64,000 nucleotides of DNA from Candidatus Adlerbacteria bacterium (GCA_029288895.1 JARIGK010000003.1:13868-77867), one strand, 5' to 3'. Shown: positions 43,601 to 52,920, numbered from the stretch's first letter. Numbers and translations are program-made. The notes: generated by a model not told the origin, from the letters alone.

Positions 43601-44046
43601 TTGTCCATTGTCTTGTACGAATTGTCGAAGTCGACCCAGCGGCCGACGCGGTCGACGTAGCGCTTCCAGTCGTGCACGTACTGCAGCACGAGCGAGCGCG
43701 CTTTTTCGTTAAATGCTTCGATACCGATATCGAGAATATCTTTTTTGGTTTTAAGGCCAAGTGTTTTCTCGACCAAGTTCTCGATCGGGAGGCCGTGCGT
43801 GTCCCAACCCCACACACGAGGCACGCGGTAGCCGCGCATCGTTTTGTAGCGCGGCACGACGTCTTTGATTATTGAAGAAAGCAAAGAGCCCGAGTGCGGC
43901 AAGCCTGTCGCAAACGGTGGCCCATCATAAAAAACAAAGTCGCCTTTGGGGGCCTCCTTTTCAACTGACTTTTCAAATGTCTTATCCTCTTTCCAAAATG
44001 CGAGAACCTTCTCCTCGCGCAGGACTGTCTCGCTCTTTTCTGCCAT
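40693..44046 (-). CDS. ileS: Isoleucyl-tRNA synthetase (IleRS2-type) with an inserted histidine-phosphatase domain
   Basis: DGPPFATGLPH, GWDTHGLP, WTTTPWTLP, DWTISRNRFW, KMSKS; insert begins RHGE. Confidence 0.93.
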   Translation of the reverse strand: MAEKSETVLREEKVLAFWKEDKTFEKSVEKEAPKGDFVFYDGPPFATGLPHSGSLLSSIIKDVVPRYKTMRGYRVPRVWGWDTHGLPIENLVEKTLGLKTKKDILDIGIEAFNEKARSLVLQYVHDWKRYVDRVGRWVDFDNSYKTMDNSYIESIWWALKRLHDKNLMYEGRKVLMYCPHCETPLAKAEIAADNTYKDVTEEAVVARFKVKNPRRFNLPENTYLLAWTTTPWTLPSNVGLAVGNDITYAVVQEGNAHYIEHEDGGDLKGKDLVGIEYEPLFDVPALKGPRSYKVWAADFVSAEDGTGIVHTSVMYGEDDFQLGLREKLPMVQTLESNGHYNHLAPELVRGKYIKQGEKDIKADLEARGLLHTREMYTHSYPHCWRCGTALIYNAVPSWFLNIQKIKSKMLKENDKVTWFPEHLKQGRFRNIVENAPDWTISRNRFWASPLPIWKEKEGKKLMVVGSLEELLSKTKKSGNAYFMMRHGEAENNTKGVFETKGNPDNHLTETGRSVVRATAATLSKEKIDMIVASPLARTQETAKLVLKELGLPDSALMTDERLREIEMGVYDGKAIADWRNAFPSRLERFEKAVEGGETYADVRRRVGEFLFELERRYIGRRILIVTHECPAWLLHEVAHYKTNEDIARERDGVFIEPGMSMPLPFTPFPHNAKFELDLHRPYIDDVVLVDEKGSRYERIPEVLDCWVESGSMPFASMSYPHDKTRVNPERFFGLAPKGYPGDFIAEYIGQTRTWFYYMHAMGVFLFGKRSFKAVTVTGNILAADGSKMSKSKQNYTDPWELMEKWGSDAYRFYLMSSVVMQAEDLNFRDEDVREIHNRVVGTLWNSFKFFELYRDKVSDVDVATSTHPLDRWVLSLLNKTVAESTAAFDAYNMPNACRPIRAFIEQYSTWYVRRSRDRARSDTADAALCVAVQRHVLRTVAQLLAPITPFIAESVWQGIGEEGSVHLSHWPHAGAVDAQLLLDMDIARDAASAGLKARDQAAIKVRQPLAKLSINHALPDELRAIVADEVNVKEVVVDAGLKEVVLDTVLTPELKEEGMVRDIARRIQEWRKEQKLSISDRPTMTLEVSAEEKSVAEKYNATLIAQTGLKALVLEVK

Positions 44047-44084
44047 ATCAGATAAATATAGACGAGCGGCGCCTATAAATAAAG

Positions 44085-45695
44085 CTACATTTCCTGCGGT
44101 GTCGGGATGCCAAGGACATCCAAGCCTTTTGCCAGGGTGTGCTCAATAGCTTGCACAAAGAAGAGTGCGGCATCTGACACTTCCCCATCTACGATCAATC
44201 GCTCCTGCGCGTACCAACTATTGAACGCCGCCGCGAGCTCTGTCAGGTACGTCACCACATGATGTGGCTCAAGCTCGCCTGCGGCGCGCGCAACCGCATC
44301 GGGGAAATGAAGCATCAAACGCGGTAGTTCGATATTTGAGAATTCTTTTTCTACAATCTTTGCCTCCGCGGATTGGCGCAAGAGCGAACGGGTGCGCACA
44401 AGCGCGTATTGCACGTACGGACCCGAGTCGCCTTCAAGCGAAAGAGATTTCTCTGGGTCAAACGAAATATCTTTCCCACTTCCCTGTTTAAGCACGGTGT
44501 ATTTAAGTGCACCTACGGCAACATCTTCGCGGTTGCGCGCAACTTCTGTGACTTCTGCCAACAATGACTCGCCCGTAATGACATTACCCAAACGCGACGA
44601 CATTTTGCCCGTCGTTAACTTCAAGAAGCTCGTTGGGATATGCAGCAAATCTTTGCCGTCGGTCTTGCCGGGGAATAATTTTCGCAACGCATCAAACACA
44701 ATACGGAAAAAGTCAGTTTGTTCTTTGCCGGTAACAGTGATCGATATATCGAAACTTGGGTACGCCTCCGACTTTAGCTGGAAGAGGCCAACTTCTTTTG
44801 CTTCATACGTTGGCAGACCCTGCGAATTTAAAAACACGCGCGTATGTTCGCCTTTGTAGACGACAGCGCCTTCGCTTTCTTCAAATACTTTGCCCACTTC
44901 GCCGCGGACGATGCGCGCACCAAGCGGGCCAGATTCACTTTCAAAAAATTCTTTATCGAACCCTTGCGTGCCGAGGCGCGCCAATAATGCGTGCAAATGC
45001 TTAAGAGATGTCGCGATGCCTTTTTCGCGCAAAGCAGACCATTCAGCATTCGAACCGGCATACAACGCACGGTTTATCTCTTCGATTTTTTCTTTTGCCT
45101 CGCCGCTTTCGTACGCTTCGTTACCAGCAACATAGGCCTTCCCCAGCTGCGCAATATCTTCCGCGTTTAAATTTCCATTCTGCAAACCCCACACGCCTTT
45201 GGCGATGGTAAGGCCGATGTCGGAGGGATAGTTCAAGCGTTTAACATCAGCACCGCTTGCTTCAAACAAGCGCGCAACGCTCTCGCCCACAATGTTGCCC
45301 ACCAAGTTGCCGATATGGAGCGGCTTAAAGAGGTTAGGGCTCGTATATTCCACAAGCACCTTCTTTCCTATGTACAGTTCATTTGTGCCCCACCCTTCCT
45401 CGTGTGCTGCGCGCACGACATCAGCGAGCGCTTCGTTTGAGAGCCAGAAGTTGATAAACCCAGCGCCTGCGATTTCTGTTTTCTCGATACCTTCTATTGT
45501 GCCAAGTGCATTCTGCAACTCTGCTGCAACTTCGCGCGGATTCTTTTTCAAAACTTTTGCCGCAGCCAGCGCCGCATTCGTTGCGTAGTCGCCATGCTCC
45601 ATCGAGCCCGGCCTCTCCACCACAAACGCAATATCACCCGCACCCATCCCCTCGAGCGCATGTTGAATTGCTTTTTCTATCTCATGCCGAACCAT
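44085..45695 (-). CDS. argS: Arginyl-tRNA synthetase
   Basis: HGDYATN, GAGFINF, SPN.FKPLHIGN, KMSSR, GPYVQY. Confidence 0.95.
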   Translation of the reverse strand: MVRHEIEKAIQHALEGMGAGDIAFVVERPGSMEHGDYATNAALAAAKVLKKNPREVAAELQNALGTIEGIEKTEIAGAGFINFWLSNEALADVVRAAHEEGWGTNELYIGKKVLVEYTSPNLFKPLHIGNLVGNIVGESVARLFEASGADVKRLNYPSDIGLTIAKGVWGLQNGNLNAEDIAQLGKAYVAGNEAYESGEAKEKIEEINRALYAGSNAEWSALREKGIATSLKHLHALLARLGTQGFDKEFFESESGPLGARIVRGEVGKVFEESEGAVVYKGEHTRVFLNSQGLPTYEAKEVGLFQLKSEAYPSFDISITVTGKEQTDFFRIVFDALRKLFPGKTDGKDLLHIPTSFLKLTTGKMSSRLGNVITGESLLAEVTEVARNREDVAVGALKYTVLKQGSGKDISFDPEKSLSLEGDSGPYVQYALVRTRSLLRQSAEAKIVEKEFSNIELPRLMLHFPDAVARAAGELEPHHVVTYLTELAAAFNSWYAQERLIVDGEVSDAALFFVQAIEHTLAKGLDVLGIPTPQEM

Positions 45696-45771
45696 ACTAT
45701 TCCTTAACAATAACAAACATTTGCAAAGAAAAAACCCGCCGAACCATGTCGATTCGACGGATTACTAAAGC

Positions 45772-46152
45772 TTAGGCGACGAGCTTCGCTTCGGCAGGCT
45801 CTTCGGCCTTCTGCCTAAGGATACGAAACTTGCCGACGAAATTCGGGTGGACCGGCATCTCTTCGGAGTTTGGGCCGATCTCGTCAGCATCCACGCCGAT
45901 CTTCTTGATGAGATAGTGGCTCGAACTAGCCGCGACCACCTCAGAAACAATGACGCGGCCATCCGACAACGTGGCACGAGTCGCCAACACCGTCTCGAAC
46001 AGCAGCGCTTCAACTCCATCGGGGAAGGTCCACACTTCCTCAACTGACCACGTGCGGACTGATTGAGGCGAAAGGTGTTTATCCCGATCATCGCCTCGAA
46101 AAAACCGCGCACGATGATGGAGCGAATTATTAATCTCAACAACAGAGATCAT
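45772..46152 (-). CDS. Orphan hypothetical protein
   Basis: AGGAG RBS; downstream hairpin with T tail. Confidence 0.6.
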   Translation of the reverse strand: MISVVEINNSLHHRARFFRGDDRDKHLSPQSVRTWSVEEVWTFPDGVEALLFETVLATRATLSDGRVIVSEVVAASSSHYLIKKIGVDADEIGPNSEEMPVHPNFVGKFRILRQKAEEPAEAKLVA

Positions 46153-46215
46153 CTTAGCTTTCTCCTATCTAGGACTACCCGCGCTAGTTAAACCAGAGTA
46201 CGGGAAGTTGCGCAA

Positions 46216-47304
46216 CTAGAGTGTTGCGGTTTGTAGGGTTTGTGTAAAACTACCCGTCTGTACGTCGAAGGTGATGTAGCCGATGACTTGGCCTTTGGTG
46301 GTTTCCACAGTGCAGCGCCACTGGCCGTCGGTGAGGATTTGTTTTTCGCTAAAGCCCCGGTAGCCTTCGGCCCGTCCACCGGTGATAGGAAATTGCACAA
46401 TGCCTGTCGTGATCCAATGCTTCGTTGTTGGATAAAAATATTCCCACCGGTGCATGATAGGCGCCGAAAGGCTGCCCGGCGCAAATACCGCACTAAAGCA
46501 GTACGCGGGCTCCCCTGCTGCCGCGTGGTAGGTGTCGCCTGTGTCGCGCCAAAATTCGTACCAATGTTTTTTCTCGTACGTGGCAGTGTAGTCGCCCGCA
46601 TCATCTTTACTGATTGAGTGATAGATGCCCGCCGCTTTCAATGACAGAGGCACAGGCGGAATAACGTTCAAGAAATACAAAAGGTTAAATACAAGGAAGA
46701 CGCCAACGACAATGCCGCGCATCTCCCACAGCTGGCGACGTTTGTTATGGCGCAAGGCAAAAATACGGAGCATCGAGATGACGCCCGCCATCACAGCCAA
46801 GCTCGCAACACCGCTAATGAGAAATGCGCGTATGCCGATGGTGTGCAGCACAAAGGTGGGCACGGCGATAACCAAATATGTGAGCAACAAAAAATAGTAG
46901 ACCGCAATATTAAACCGCAGCTGCGCGTAGCGGTTTTTGAGCATCTCGTTGCCAATGAGGAGGCACACGAGCAACCCTAAAAAGATTGCGGTGCCGCCAA
47001 ACGAACCGCTCTTCCCGTAGAGAATAAGTAAATTGCTGGAAAGGCCGCCAAAACAAAACTGCAGTATAAGCAGCATCAACAGCGGTTCGACTGGCTTCTC
47101 GCCTTCCTTCATCTCGCGTACCGAGTAGCGGTTAAGCACGATGATGATTGCCGCAGACAAAACGAGATAGAACAAGAGCAAGATGTTGTCCGGGATGCTG
47201 TCGGGCCGCTTGGCCAATATAAGATCAAACGTAAAGCCACACAGAAGCGTCAGCACCGACAGATGCCGTTCGTATTTGTTCCAGAATTGGATGAGCCTAT
47301 TCAC
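46216..47304 (-). CDS. DUF2914-like membrane protein
   Basis: Multi-TM N-terminus; YCFSAVFAP, GGRAEGYRG, GQWRC; GTG start 6 nt after TACAAT. Confidence 0.75.
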   Translation of the reverse strand: MNRLIQFWNKYERHLSVLTLLCGFTFDLILAKRPDSIPDNILLLFYLVLSAAIIIVLNRYSVREMKEGEKPVEPLLMLLILQFCFGGLSSNLLILYGKSGSFGGTAIFLGLLVCLLIGNEMLKNRYAQLRFNIAVYYFLLLTYLVIAVPTFVLHTIGIRAFLISGVASLAVMAGVISMLRIFALRHNKRRQLWEMRGIVVGVFLVFNLLYFLNVIPPVPLSLKAAGIYHSISKDDAGDYTATYEKKHWYEFWRDTGDTYHAAAGEPAYCFSAVFAPGSLSAPIMHRWEYFYPTTKHWITTGIVQFPITGGRAEGYRGFSEKQILTDGQWRCTVETTKGQVIGYITFDVQTGSFTQTLQTATL

Positions 47305-47403
47305 ACATTTATTGTAACAGTCGGAAGGCTGATACTCTTCTCTCAAAAGAAAAGGCCACCTCCCCCATTCAGGATTGGTGGCCCAATAAAGTGCGGCCGG
47401 CCT

Positions 47404-47850
47404 TCAGGTCTCGACGTGCTCAGGAGCCTCGAACCCGTGGTCCTTCGCGAACTTGGCGAGGTCGGCCTCGACGGGGTCAAGTGTAACTTCAGTGATGATA
47501 CACCGAGCCGGCCCCTTGAAGGGCTTAGGCTTCAGGTCGACGACGTACTCGCCCGACCACCACAAACCTTCCGCTTCTTTGGTGAGACGATACATCGCCG
47601 GGCTGCGGGGCCTTTCACCAGGCTTCTCCACATAGTGCTTGTGGAAAAAGAGCTCATCGGCATCGAGGAATTCGATTTCGTTGAGTTCTGAGTCCCCGAA
47701 GGTATCACTCATACGGCCGACGAGGGAGTTTGACTCCTTATGCCCCGCATGCCAGAACGTTCCAGAAAACATCTCCGGAACTGCTGACCTCTGCTGGAGA
47801 CCACCGTACCCTTGGCAGAAAAACCCTTGAATGAGCCAGAGCTTCTTCAT
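47404..47850 (-). CDS. Orphan hypothetical protein
   Basis: AAGGAGG RBS; downstream terminator. Confidence 0.7.
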   Translation of the reverse strand: MKKLWLIQGFFCQGYGGLQQRSAVPEMFSGTFWHAGHKESNSLVGRMSDTFGDSELNEIEFLDADELFFHKHYVEKPGERPRSPAMYRLTKEAEGLWWSGEYVVDLKPKPFKGPARCIITEVTLDPVEADLAKFAKDHGFEAPEHVET

Positions 47851-47931
47851 GACGGAATCCTCCTTATCTGGTTCCGTCGGCAAATCTAGCACAACCCTTT
47901 AGAAAAAGGTATGTGTCTTTTTGTTTGGGAT

Positions 47932-49200
47932 TTATACGAACGAATCAGGTACAGGGAACTTCCCGCAGAGGTCTTTGATTTCTTGGCGGATGGCGGTGAG
48001 CTTTGCGTCGTCGGTACGATTGTGGAGCGCGTCGATCATAAGCTCCGCTACGCGTGCACATTCTTTCTCGCCCAATTTGCGCGTGGTGATTGCTGGTGTA
48101 CCAAAGCGGATGCCTGATGGATCCATCGGCGAGCGAGGGTCGTCCGCAATAACGTTTTTGTTAAGCGTGATGCCAACGCGGTCGAGCACTTCTTCTGCAT
48201 CTTTGCCCGTAACGCCCATCGAGCCAAACACATCTGCAAGTATGAGGTGGTTTGATGTGCCGCCGCCAAGCATGCGCACACCCTTTGCGCGGAAGACATC
48301 TTCCATCGCTTTTGCGTTCTTCAAAATCTGCGCCGCGTAGTCTTTAAACAATGGGTGCAATGCCTCACCGAACGCCACAGCCTTTGCCGCAACCACGTGC
48401 ATCAAGGGACCGCCCTGCATCCCTGGGAACACTGCTTTGTCTACCTTCTTTGCAATCTCTTCGCTTTCGCGAGTGAGGATCAAGCCGCCGCGCGGGCCGC
48501 GCAATGTTTTGTGCGTCGTCGAAGTGATGACATCAAAGCCATAGTCAAATGGGTTTTTTGCAACACCACCCGCGATAAGCCCCGCGATATGCGCTGCGTC
48601 CATCACCGCGTATGCGCCAACTTCCTTGGCAATGTCTGCCATCTTTTGGTAGTCCAACTCACGCGAGTAGGCACTGTAGCCGCCAAGCACAATCTTTGGT
48701 TTGGTCTCCAAAGCAACGCGGCGCATTTCGTCGTAATCAATTTCGCCGGTCTCCGGGTTCTTCATCTTGTAGCGGACGAAGTTAAAGAACTTGGTGATGT
48801 AGGTCACCGGGTGGCCGTGTGTGAGGTGCCCGCCATGGCTCAAGTCCATGCCAAGTACGGTGTCGCCCGGCTGGAGCAACGCAAAGTACATGCCGATGTT
48901 CGCCGACGCACCCGAGTGCGGCTGCACGTTTGCAAACGAGGCACCAAATAATTTCTTTGCACGCTCAATCGCAATACGCTCCACCTCGTCGGTATATGGC
49001 TGGCCGCCATAGTAGCGCTTGCCCGGGTAGCCTTCTGAGTATTTGTTGGTGAAGATTGAACCTTGCGCCTCGCGCACTGCTTTTGAGACGTAGTTTTCGG
49101 ATGGGATCAATTCGAGCCCCTCCCTCTCGCGGGTCTCTTCGCCCTCGAGTGTTTTAAATACATCTGCGTCTTGTTGCTTAATGTGGTCGTACGAATCCAT
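47932..49200 (-). CDS. glyA: Serine hydroxymethyltransferase
   Basis: LIPSEN, EGYPGKRYYGG, HGGHLTHG, TTHKTLRGPRGG. Confidence 0.98.
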   Translation of the reverse strand: MDSYDHIKQQDADVFKTLEGEETREREGLELIPSENYVSKAVREAQGSIFTNKYSEGYPGKRYYGGQPYTDEVERIAIERAKKLFGASFANVQPHSGASANIGMYFALLQPGDTVLGMDLSHGGHLTHGHPVTYITKFFNFVRYKMKNPETGEIDYDEMRRVALETKPKIVLGGYSAYSRELDYQKMADIAKEVGAYAVMDAAHIAGLIAGGVAKNPFDYGFDVITSTTHKTLRGPRGGLILTRESEEIAKKVDKAVFPGMQGGPLMHVVAAKAVAFGEALHPLFKDYAAQILKNAKAMEDVFRAKGVRMLGGGTSNHLILADVFGSMGVTGKDAEEVLDRVGITLNKNVIADDPRSPMDPSGIRFGTPAITTRKLGEKECARVAELMIDALHNRTDDAKLTAIRQEIKDLCGKFPVPDSFV

Positions 49201-49259
49201 AAGATAAAAATCAGTTAGTCAGTAATATTCAACTTTGAAGCAACTTAGATCATATAAAT

Positions 49260-49595
49260 TTATCGGTCGTCTCCTTCGCTATTGAGCATATCGCGCTCTA
49301 ATCTCGACGTAAGCTTCTTAATATTAGCATCTGCAATTTCGTCAAAAGACAAATCTAACTCTCGTGCCAACTGCGATAAGTACCACAGCACATCCCCTAT
49401 TTCTTTCTTAATACCCTCGCGCCTTTCTGGAGTTACAACTCCTTTATCGTCACGGACAAGATGCTTCACTTTCTCTAAAATCTCACCGCTCTCTCCTGCA
49501 ATACCCAAACAAATGAGCATCAAAATATATTCTTTGTCATCTTTCGCAAAGAGAGCAGTTCTCGACGCAAGTTTTTGATACTCATCAAACTCCAT
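49260..49595 (-). CDS. MazG-like nucleoside triphosphate pyrophosphohydrolase
   Basis: LGIAGESGE..EKVK, KEIGDVLWY, NIKKL. Confidence 0.9.
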   Translation of the reverse strand: MEFDEYQKLASRTALFAKDDKEYILMLICLGIAGESGEILEKVKHLVRDDKGVVTPERREGIKKEIGDVLWYLSQLARELDLSFDEIADANIKKLTSRLERDMLNSEGDDR

Positions 49596-49604
49596 ATAAG
49601 GGGT

Positions 49605-50624
49605 TTATTTCTTCGCTGCAGCTTTTTCATTATAGCCACCAATGTTGGCTATTTCAGCCTTAAGGCTTGGGTGCGATTGGTAATTTTCAAGCGTAATGTC
49701 TTCGTACTTAAAATTATCAACGTGTTTTATGTCTGGATTCAGATGCAATGTCGGGAATGGAAGTGGCTCGCGCGTAAGCTGTTCCTTTACCTGGTCGAAA
49801 TGGTTCGAATACAGATGCACATCACCAAAAGTGTGCACAAACTCGCCTGCTGGTATGCCAACTTCTTGCGCAACCATGTGTAATAGCAGCGCGTAACTTG
49901 CGATGTTAAATGGCACGCCAAGAAACGCATCGCCGGAACGTTGGTACAAGCCAAGATTTAATTTTCCACCCGCAGTTTGGAATTGCATCATAGTGTGGCA
50001 AAACGGTGGCACGTGCGACTTCTGCCCCTCTGATGCCATCTCATAAATGAAATCAGGGTTCCATGCGCTCACAACATAGGACTTGCGGTATGGAGCTTTT
50101 TTAAGACCTTCTATAACCCACGCGAGTTGATCAATTTCTCGACCATCCTTTGCCGGCCATCTGCGCCACATGCGACCGTAGATAGTAATGAGGTCACCCC
50201 ATTTTTGTACAAATGGATCATTGGCAGGAAGTTCCGTAAGCTTCTTTATAAGCTCTTCTTGAGTCATATCTTCCTCTGGAGCATTATCTTTTGCCCACAT
50301 GTGGTAATGCTTCCATGCCCATTCGTCCCAAATATGATTGTTTACATCAAGCAATGGTTTAATATTCGAACTGCCAGAAAGGAACCATAGCAATTCTGTG
50401 ACAATGCCGCGCCAAAAGGTTTTCTTTGTGGTTAAAAGTGGAAATCCTTTCGACATATCGAACCTAATTTGTCGCCCAAATACAGAACGAATAAACGGAG
50501 GCTGTTCTCCTTTCTTTTTGTACTCCTCAAGAACGACATCGTTGAAGAAGAGCTCTTTATCCGAGCCATTATCCAAAATATCCTTCAATAGATCGAGATA
50601 CTGATATTCAGGATGGCGTTCCAT
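49605..50624 (-). CDS. thyA: Thymidylate synthase
   Basis: FPLLTTKK, ELLWF, IWDEW, PFCH, YQRSGD..LGVPFNIASY, HLYSNH. Confidence 0.93.
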   Translation of the reverse strand: MERHPEYQYLDLLKDILDNGSDKELFFNDVVLEEYKKKGEQPPFIRSVFGRQIRFDMSKGFPLLTTKKTFWRGIVTELLWFLSGSSNIKPLLDVNNHIWDEWAWKHYHMWAKDNAPEEDMTQEELIKKLTELPANDPFVQKWGDLITIYGRMWRRWPAKDGREIDQLAWVIEGLKKAPYRKSYVVSAWNPDFIYEMASEGQKSHVPPFCHTMMQFQTAGGKLNLGLYQRSGDAFLGVPFNIASYALLLHMVAQEVGIPAGEFVHTFGDVHLYSNHFDQVKEQLTREPLPFPTLHLNPDIKHVDNFKYEDITLENYQSHPSLKAEIANIGGYNEKAAAKK

Positions 50625-50626
50625 AG

Positions 50627-51196
50627 TTATTTCTTCTTAGATTTAGTAACCGGCTTCTTTTTAGCTTCGACGTATCCCTTGAAATTGTCTTTGGAATAGC
50701 GGCCGACTTCTTTGTAATTTTGTCGCGGCGGCGATGTAAGTGGAGAGAACGTCAGCTGTGCCACAGGCATATTCGGGCGCAGCACAATCGGAACATTGTT
50801 AAGGTTGCAGAGTTCAAGCGCCACATTCAGGAAGTGCCCTGGGTTAATAAGCGCCGCAGAGTTGTGCACAAGAAGGCCAATACGAGCGAGCGAGCTTTTA
50901 CCGTTTACTTCAATGAGGTGCGTATCGGAACCAAAATAATCTTTTGAGTATCCAAGGATGCTGACACCCGGGTGCAACACATATACCTCATCGTCTTTAA
51001 GTTTTATCTCTCTCATTTTTGGGTAAATCTTCTTGACCGGGTCAATGAAGCTCGACGAATGTGATTCGGTGATAAAAAACGTATTCCCAAGCAAAATGTC
51101 GTAGCTCGCTGGCTGCAAACGAGACTCATCAAACGGCTTCAGGACAATCTCCCCTGCCTTTACTGCTTTTATAATGTCGACGTCAGAAAGAAACAT
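50627..51196 (-). CDS. dcd: dCTP deaminase
   Basis: LSDVDI, QPASYD, GKSSLARIGL, AQLTF. Confidence 0.9.
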   Translation of the reverse strand: MFLSDVDIIKAVKAGEIVLKPFDESRLQPASYDILLGNTFFITESHSSSFIDPVKKIYPKMREIKLKDDEVYVLHPGVSILGYSKDYFGSDTHLIEVNGKSSLARIGLLVHNSAALINPGHFLNVALELCNLNNVPIVLRPNMPVAQLTFSPLTSPPRQNYKEVGRYSKDNFKGYVEAKKKPVTKSKKK

Positions 51197-51207
51197 ACAG
51201 AAAATAA

Positions 51208-51882
51208 TTATTGAATAGTAAAAATCTTATCCGTTCCGTAATACTCTGGCCAATGTTCGTTATAAAACGAAAACATTCGCTCCAGTCTATCTTGCGGCAA
51301 CTCTTCTACCCCGCACTCGCGCATTACGGCATCTATCTCTGCGCGAGCAGGTGCGAGTTCTGAATCGTTTTGAACCACCTTCTCAAACTCTGCAAGCCAA
51401 CCATAGCCAGCATTTCGATCAAGGCACACATTTAACCCCTTGAACGAATACTCTTCTCGTTCGCGCGACCATTTCGCTTGGTAGCGAAACCCCGCATTAA
51501 TAAGCAAGCGGTCGAGCTGCTCTAACGTAATATCAACCTTCTCTTCAAATTCAATTCTGCTCACACCGTTTGAACTTGTGTCGTCACCGACAGATGCTTT
51601 TACAACCAAAATAACTTCCCCGTCTTTGTTGCGCGTTCGAACTGAAACACTTGTTACTTTGCTGACCAAATCAGAAAGTTTTGCATGTGCTGCATTAGAA
51701 ATAGTTCCTTTCGATGCATGAACAAGAGCGTCCATAGAACCACCAATAAAATAATGATTGAGTTGTTTATTTTTGGAAGTGAGATGCGAATCTGAATCCA
51801 ATTCCCGCATTTTAGTTCGCAACAATTCTGCGTTTTCCTCGCTTCCCAAAAGCGACTTAACTTCTACCTCATACGTCTGCAT
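51208..51882 (-). CDS. CYTH (triphosphate tunnel metalloenzyme) domain protein
   Basis: N-terminal YEVEVK (ExExK), RIEFE, R.REEY, CLD...GWLAEFE. Confidence 0.8.
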   Translation of the reverse strand: MQTYEVEVKSLLGSEENAELLRTKMRELDSDSHLTSKNKQLNHYFIGGSMDALVHASKGTISNAAHAKLSDLVSKVTSVSVRTRNKDGEVILVVKASVGDDTSSNGVSRIEFEEKVDITLEQLDRLLINAGFRYQAKWSREREEYSFKGLNVCLDRNAGYGWLAEFEKVVQNDSELAPARAEIDAVMRECGVEELPQDRLERMFSFYNEHWPEYYGTDKIFTIQ

Positions 51883-51975
51883 GGGCTTAGTGTACCTTGT
51901 GCGGGGCAAGCGCCAAAATCCACATTCTATCCACAGATTAGGGCCTATTTTTGGCCTCCGTGCTATAGTCCGGCT

Positions 51976-52476
51976 ATGCAAAAACCCCGCGTTGCGATTG
52001 TTGTGGCGATTGGTAAAAACCGCGAATTGGGTAAAAATAACCAGCTTTTGTGGCATATCAAAGACGACCTCAAGCGCTTTAAAGAATTGACGCTGGGCCA
52101 CCCCGTGATCATGGGGCGCAAAACCTTTGAGTCTATTGTGGCTATCTTGGGCAAACCGCTCCCCGGCCGCACTAATATTGTTGTGACGCGCGATCAGGAC
52201 TGGAGCCATGAAGGCGTCTTGGTATTCCACACGCTCGAAGAGGCACTCGCCAAAGCACGCGAATTAGACTCCGAAGAGATCCATATCGGCGGCGGCGCAG
52301 AGCTCTACAACCAAGCACTCCCCTTCGTCGACCGGCTCTACCTCACACTCATCGACGACAGCAAAGAAGCAGACACCTTCTTCCCCGAATACGAGAAAGA
52401 ATTTACGAAAGAAATCAGCAACGAAAAACGCGAGCTTGATGGGCTCGCGTATTCCTGGGTAACGTTGGAGAGATAA
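51976..52476 (+). CDS. folA: Dihydrofolate reductase
   Basis: LGKNNQLLW, DLKRFK, IMGRKT, LPGR.NIV, IGGG, DTFFP. Confidence 0.97.
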   Translation: MQKPRVAIVVAIGKNRELGKNNQLLWHIKDDLKRFKELTLGHPVIMGRKTFESIVAILGKPLPGRTNIVVTRDQDWSHEGVLVFHTLEEALAKARELDSEEIHIGGGAELYNQALPFVDRLYLTLIDDSKEADTFFPEYEKEFTKEISNEKRELDGLAYSWVTLER

Positions 52477-52477
52477 A

Positions 52478-52900
52478 TTATTTGACGTCCACGCCCATGC
52501 TGCGGGCGGTGCCTGCGATGATCTTCATTGCGGCATCGACATCGTTTGCGTTCAAGTCGGGGAGCTTCTGCTCTGCGATTGCACGGAGCTGGTCCTTGGT
52601 GATCGAGCCAATCTTGCTTGTGTTTGGCTTGCCCGAACCCTTCTCTGCCTTGAGCATTTTCAAGATAAGGCCAGACGCGAGCGGGGTTTTGAGTTCAAAG
52701 TCGTACGAGCGGTCTTCGTAGATGGTGATAACGCACGGCACCATGTCGCCAACCATTTCGCGGGTCGCATCGTTGAATTTCTTCACGAACTCACCGATGT
52801 TGATACCAGCAGGGCCGAGGGTAGTACCCAAAGGCGGAGCAGGCGTAGCCTTCCCTGCCGGGGCGATAATCTTCAATTTTTTCGTAACTTTCTTTGCCAT
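52478..52900 (-). CDS. rplK: 50S ribosomal protein L11
   Basis: GKATPAPPLG, IAGTARSMG. Confidence 0.98.
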   Translation of the reverse strand: MAKKVTKKLKIIAPAGKATPAPPLGTTLGPAGINIGEFVKKFNDATREMVGDMVPCVITIYEDRSYDFELKTPLASGLILKMLKAEKGSGKPNTSKIGSITKDQLRAIAEQKLPDLNANDVDAAMKIIAGTARSMGVDVK

Positions 52901-52920
52901 AAAGGTATAGGGATACTACG

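Noticed and set aside
51883-52230. N-terminal extension of the 340-aa CYTH ORF
   Set aside because: It is antisense to folA; the real start is ATG 51882, just before the ExExK motif.
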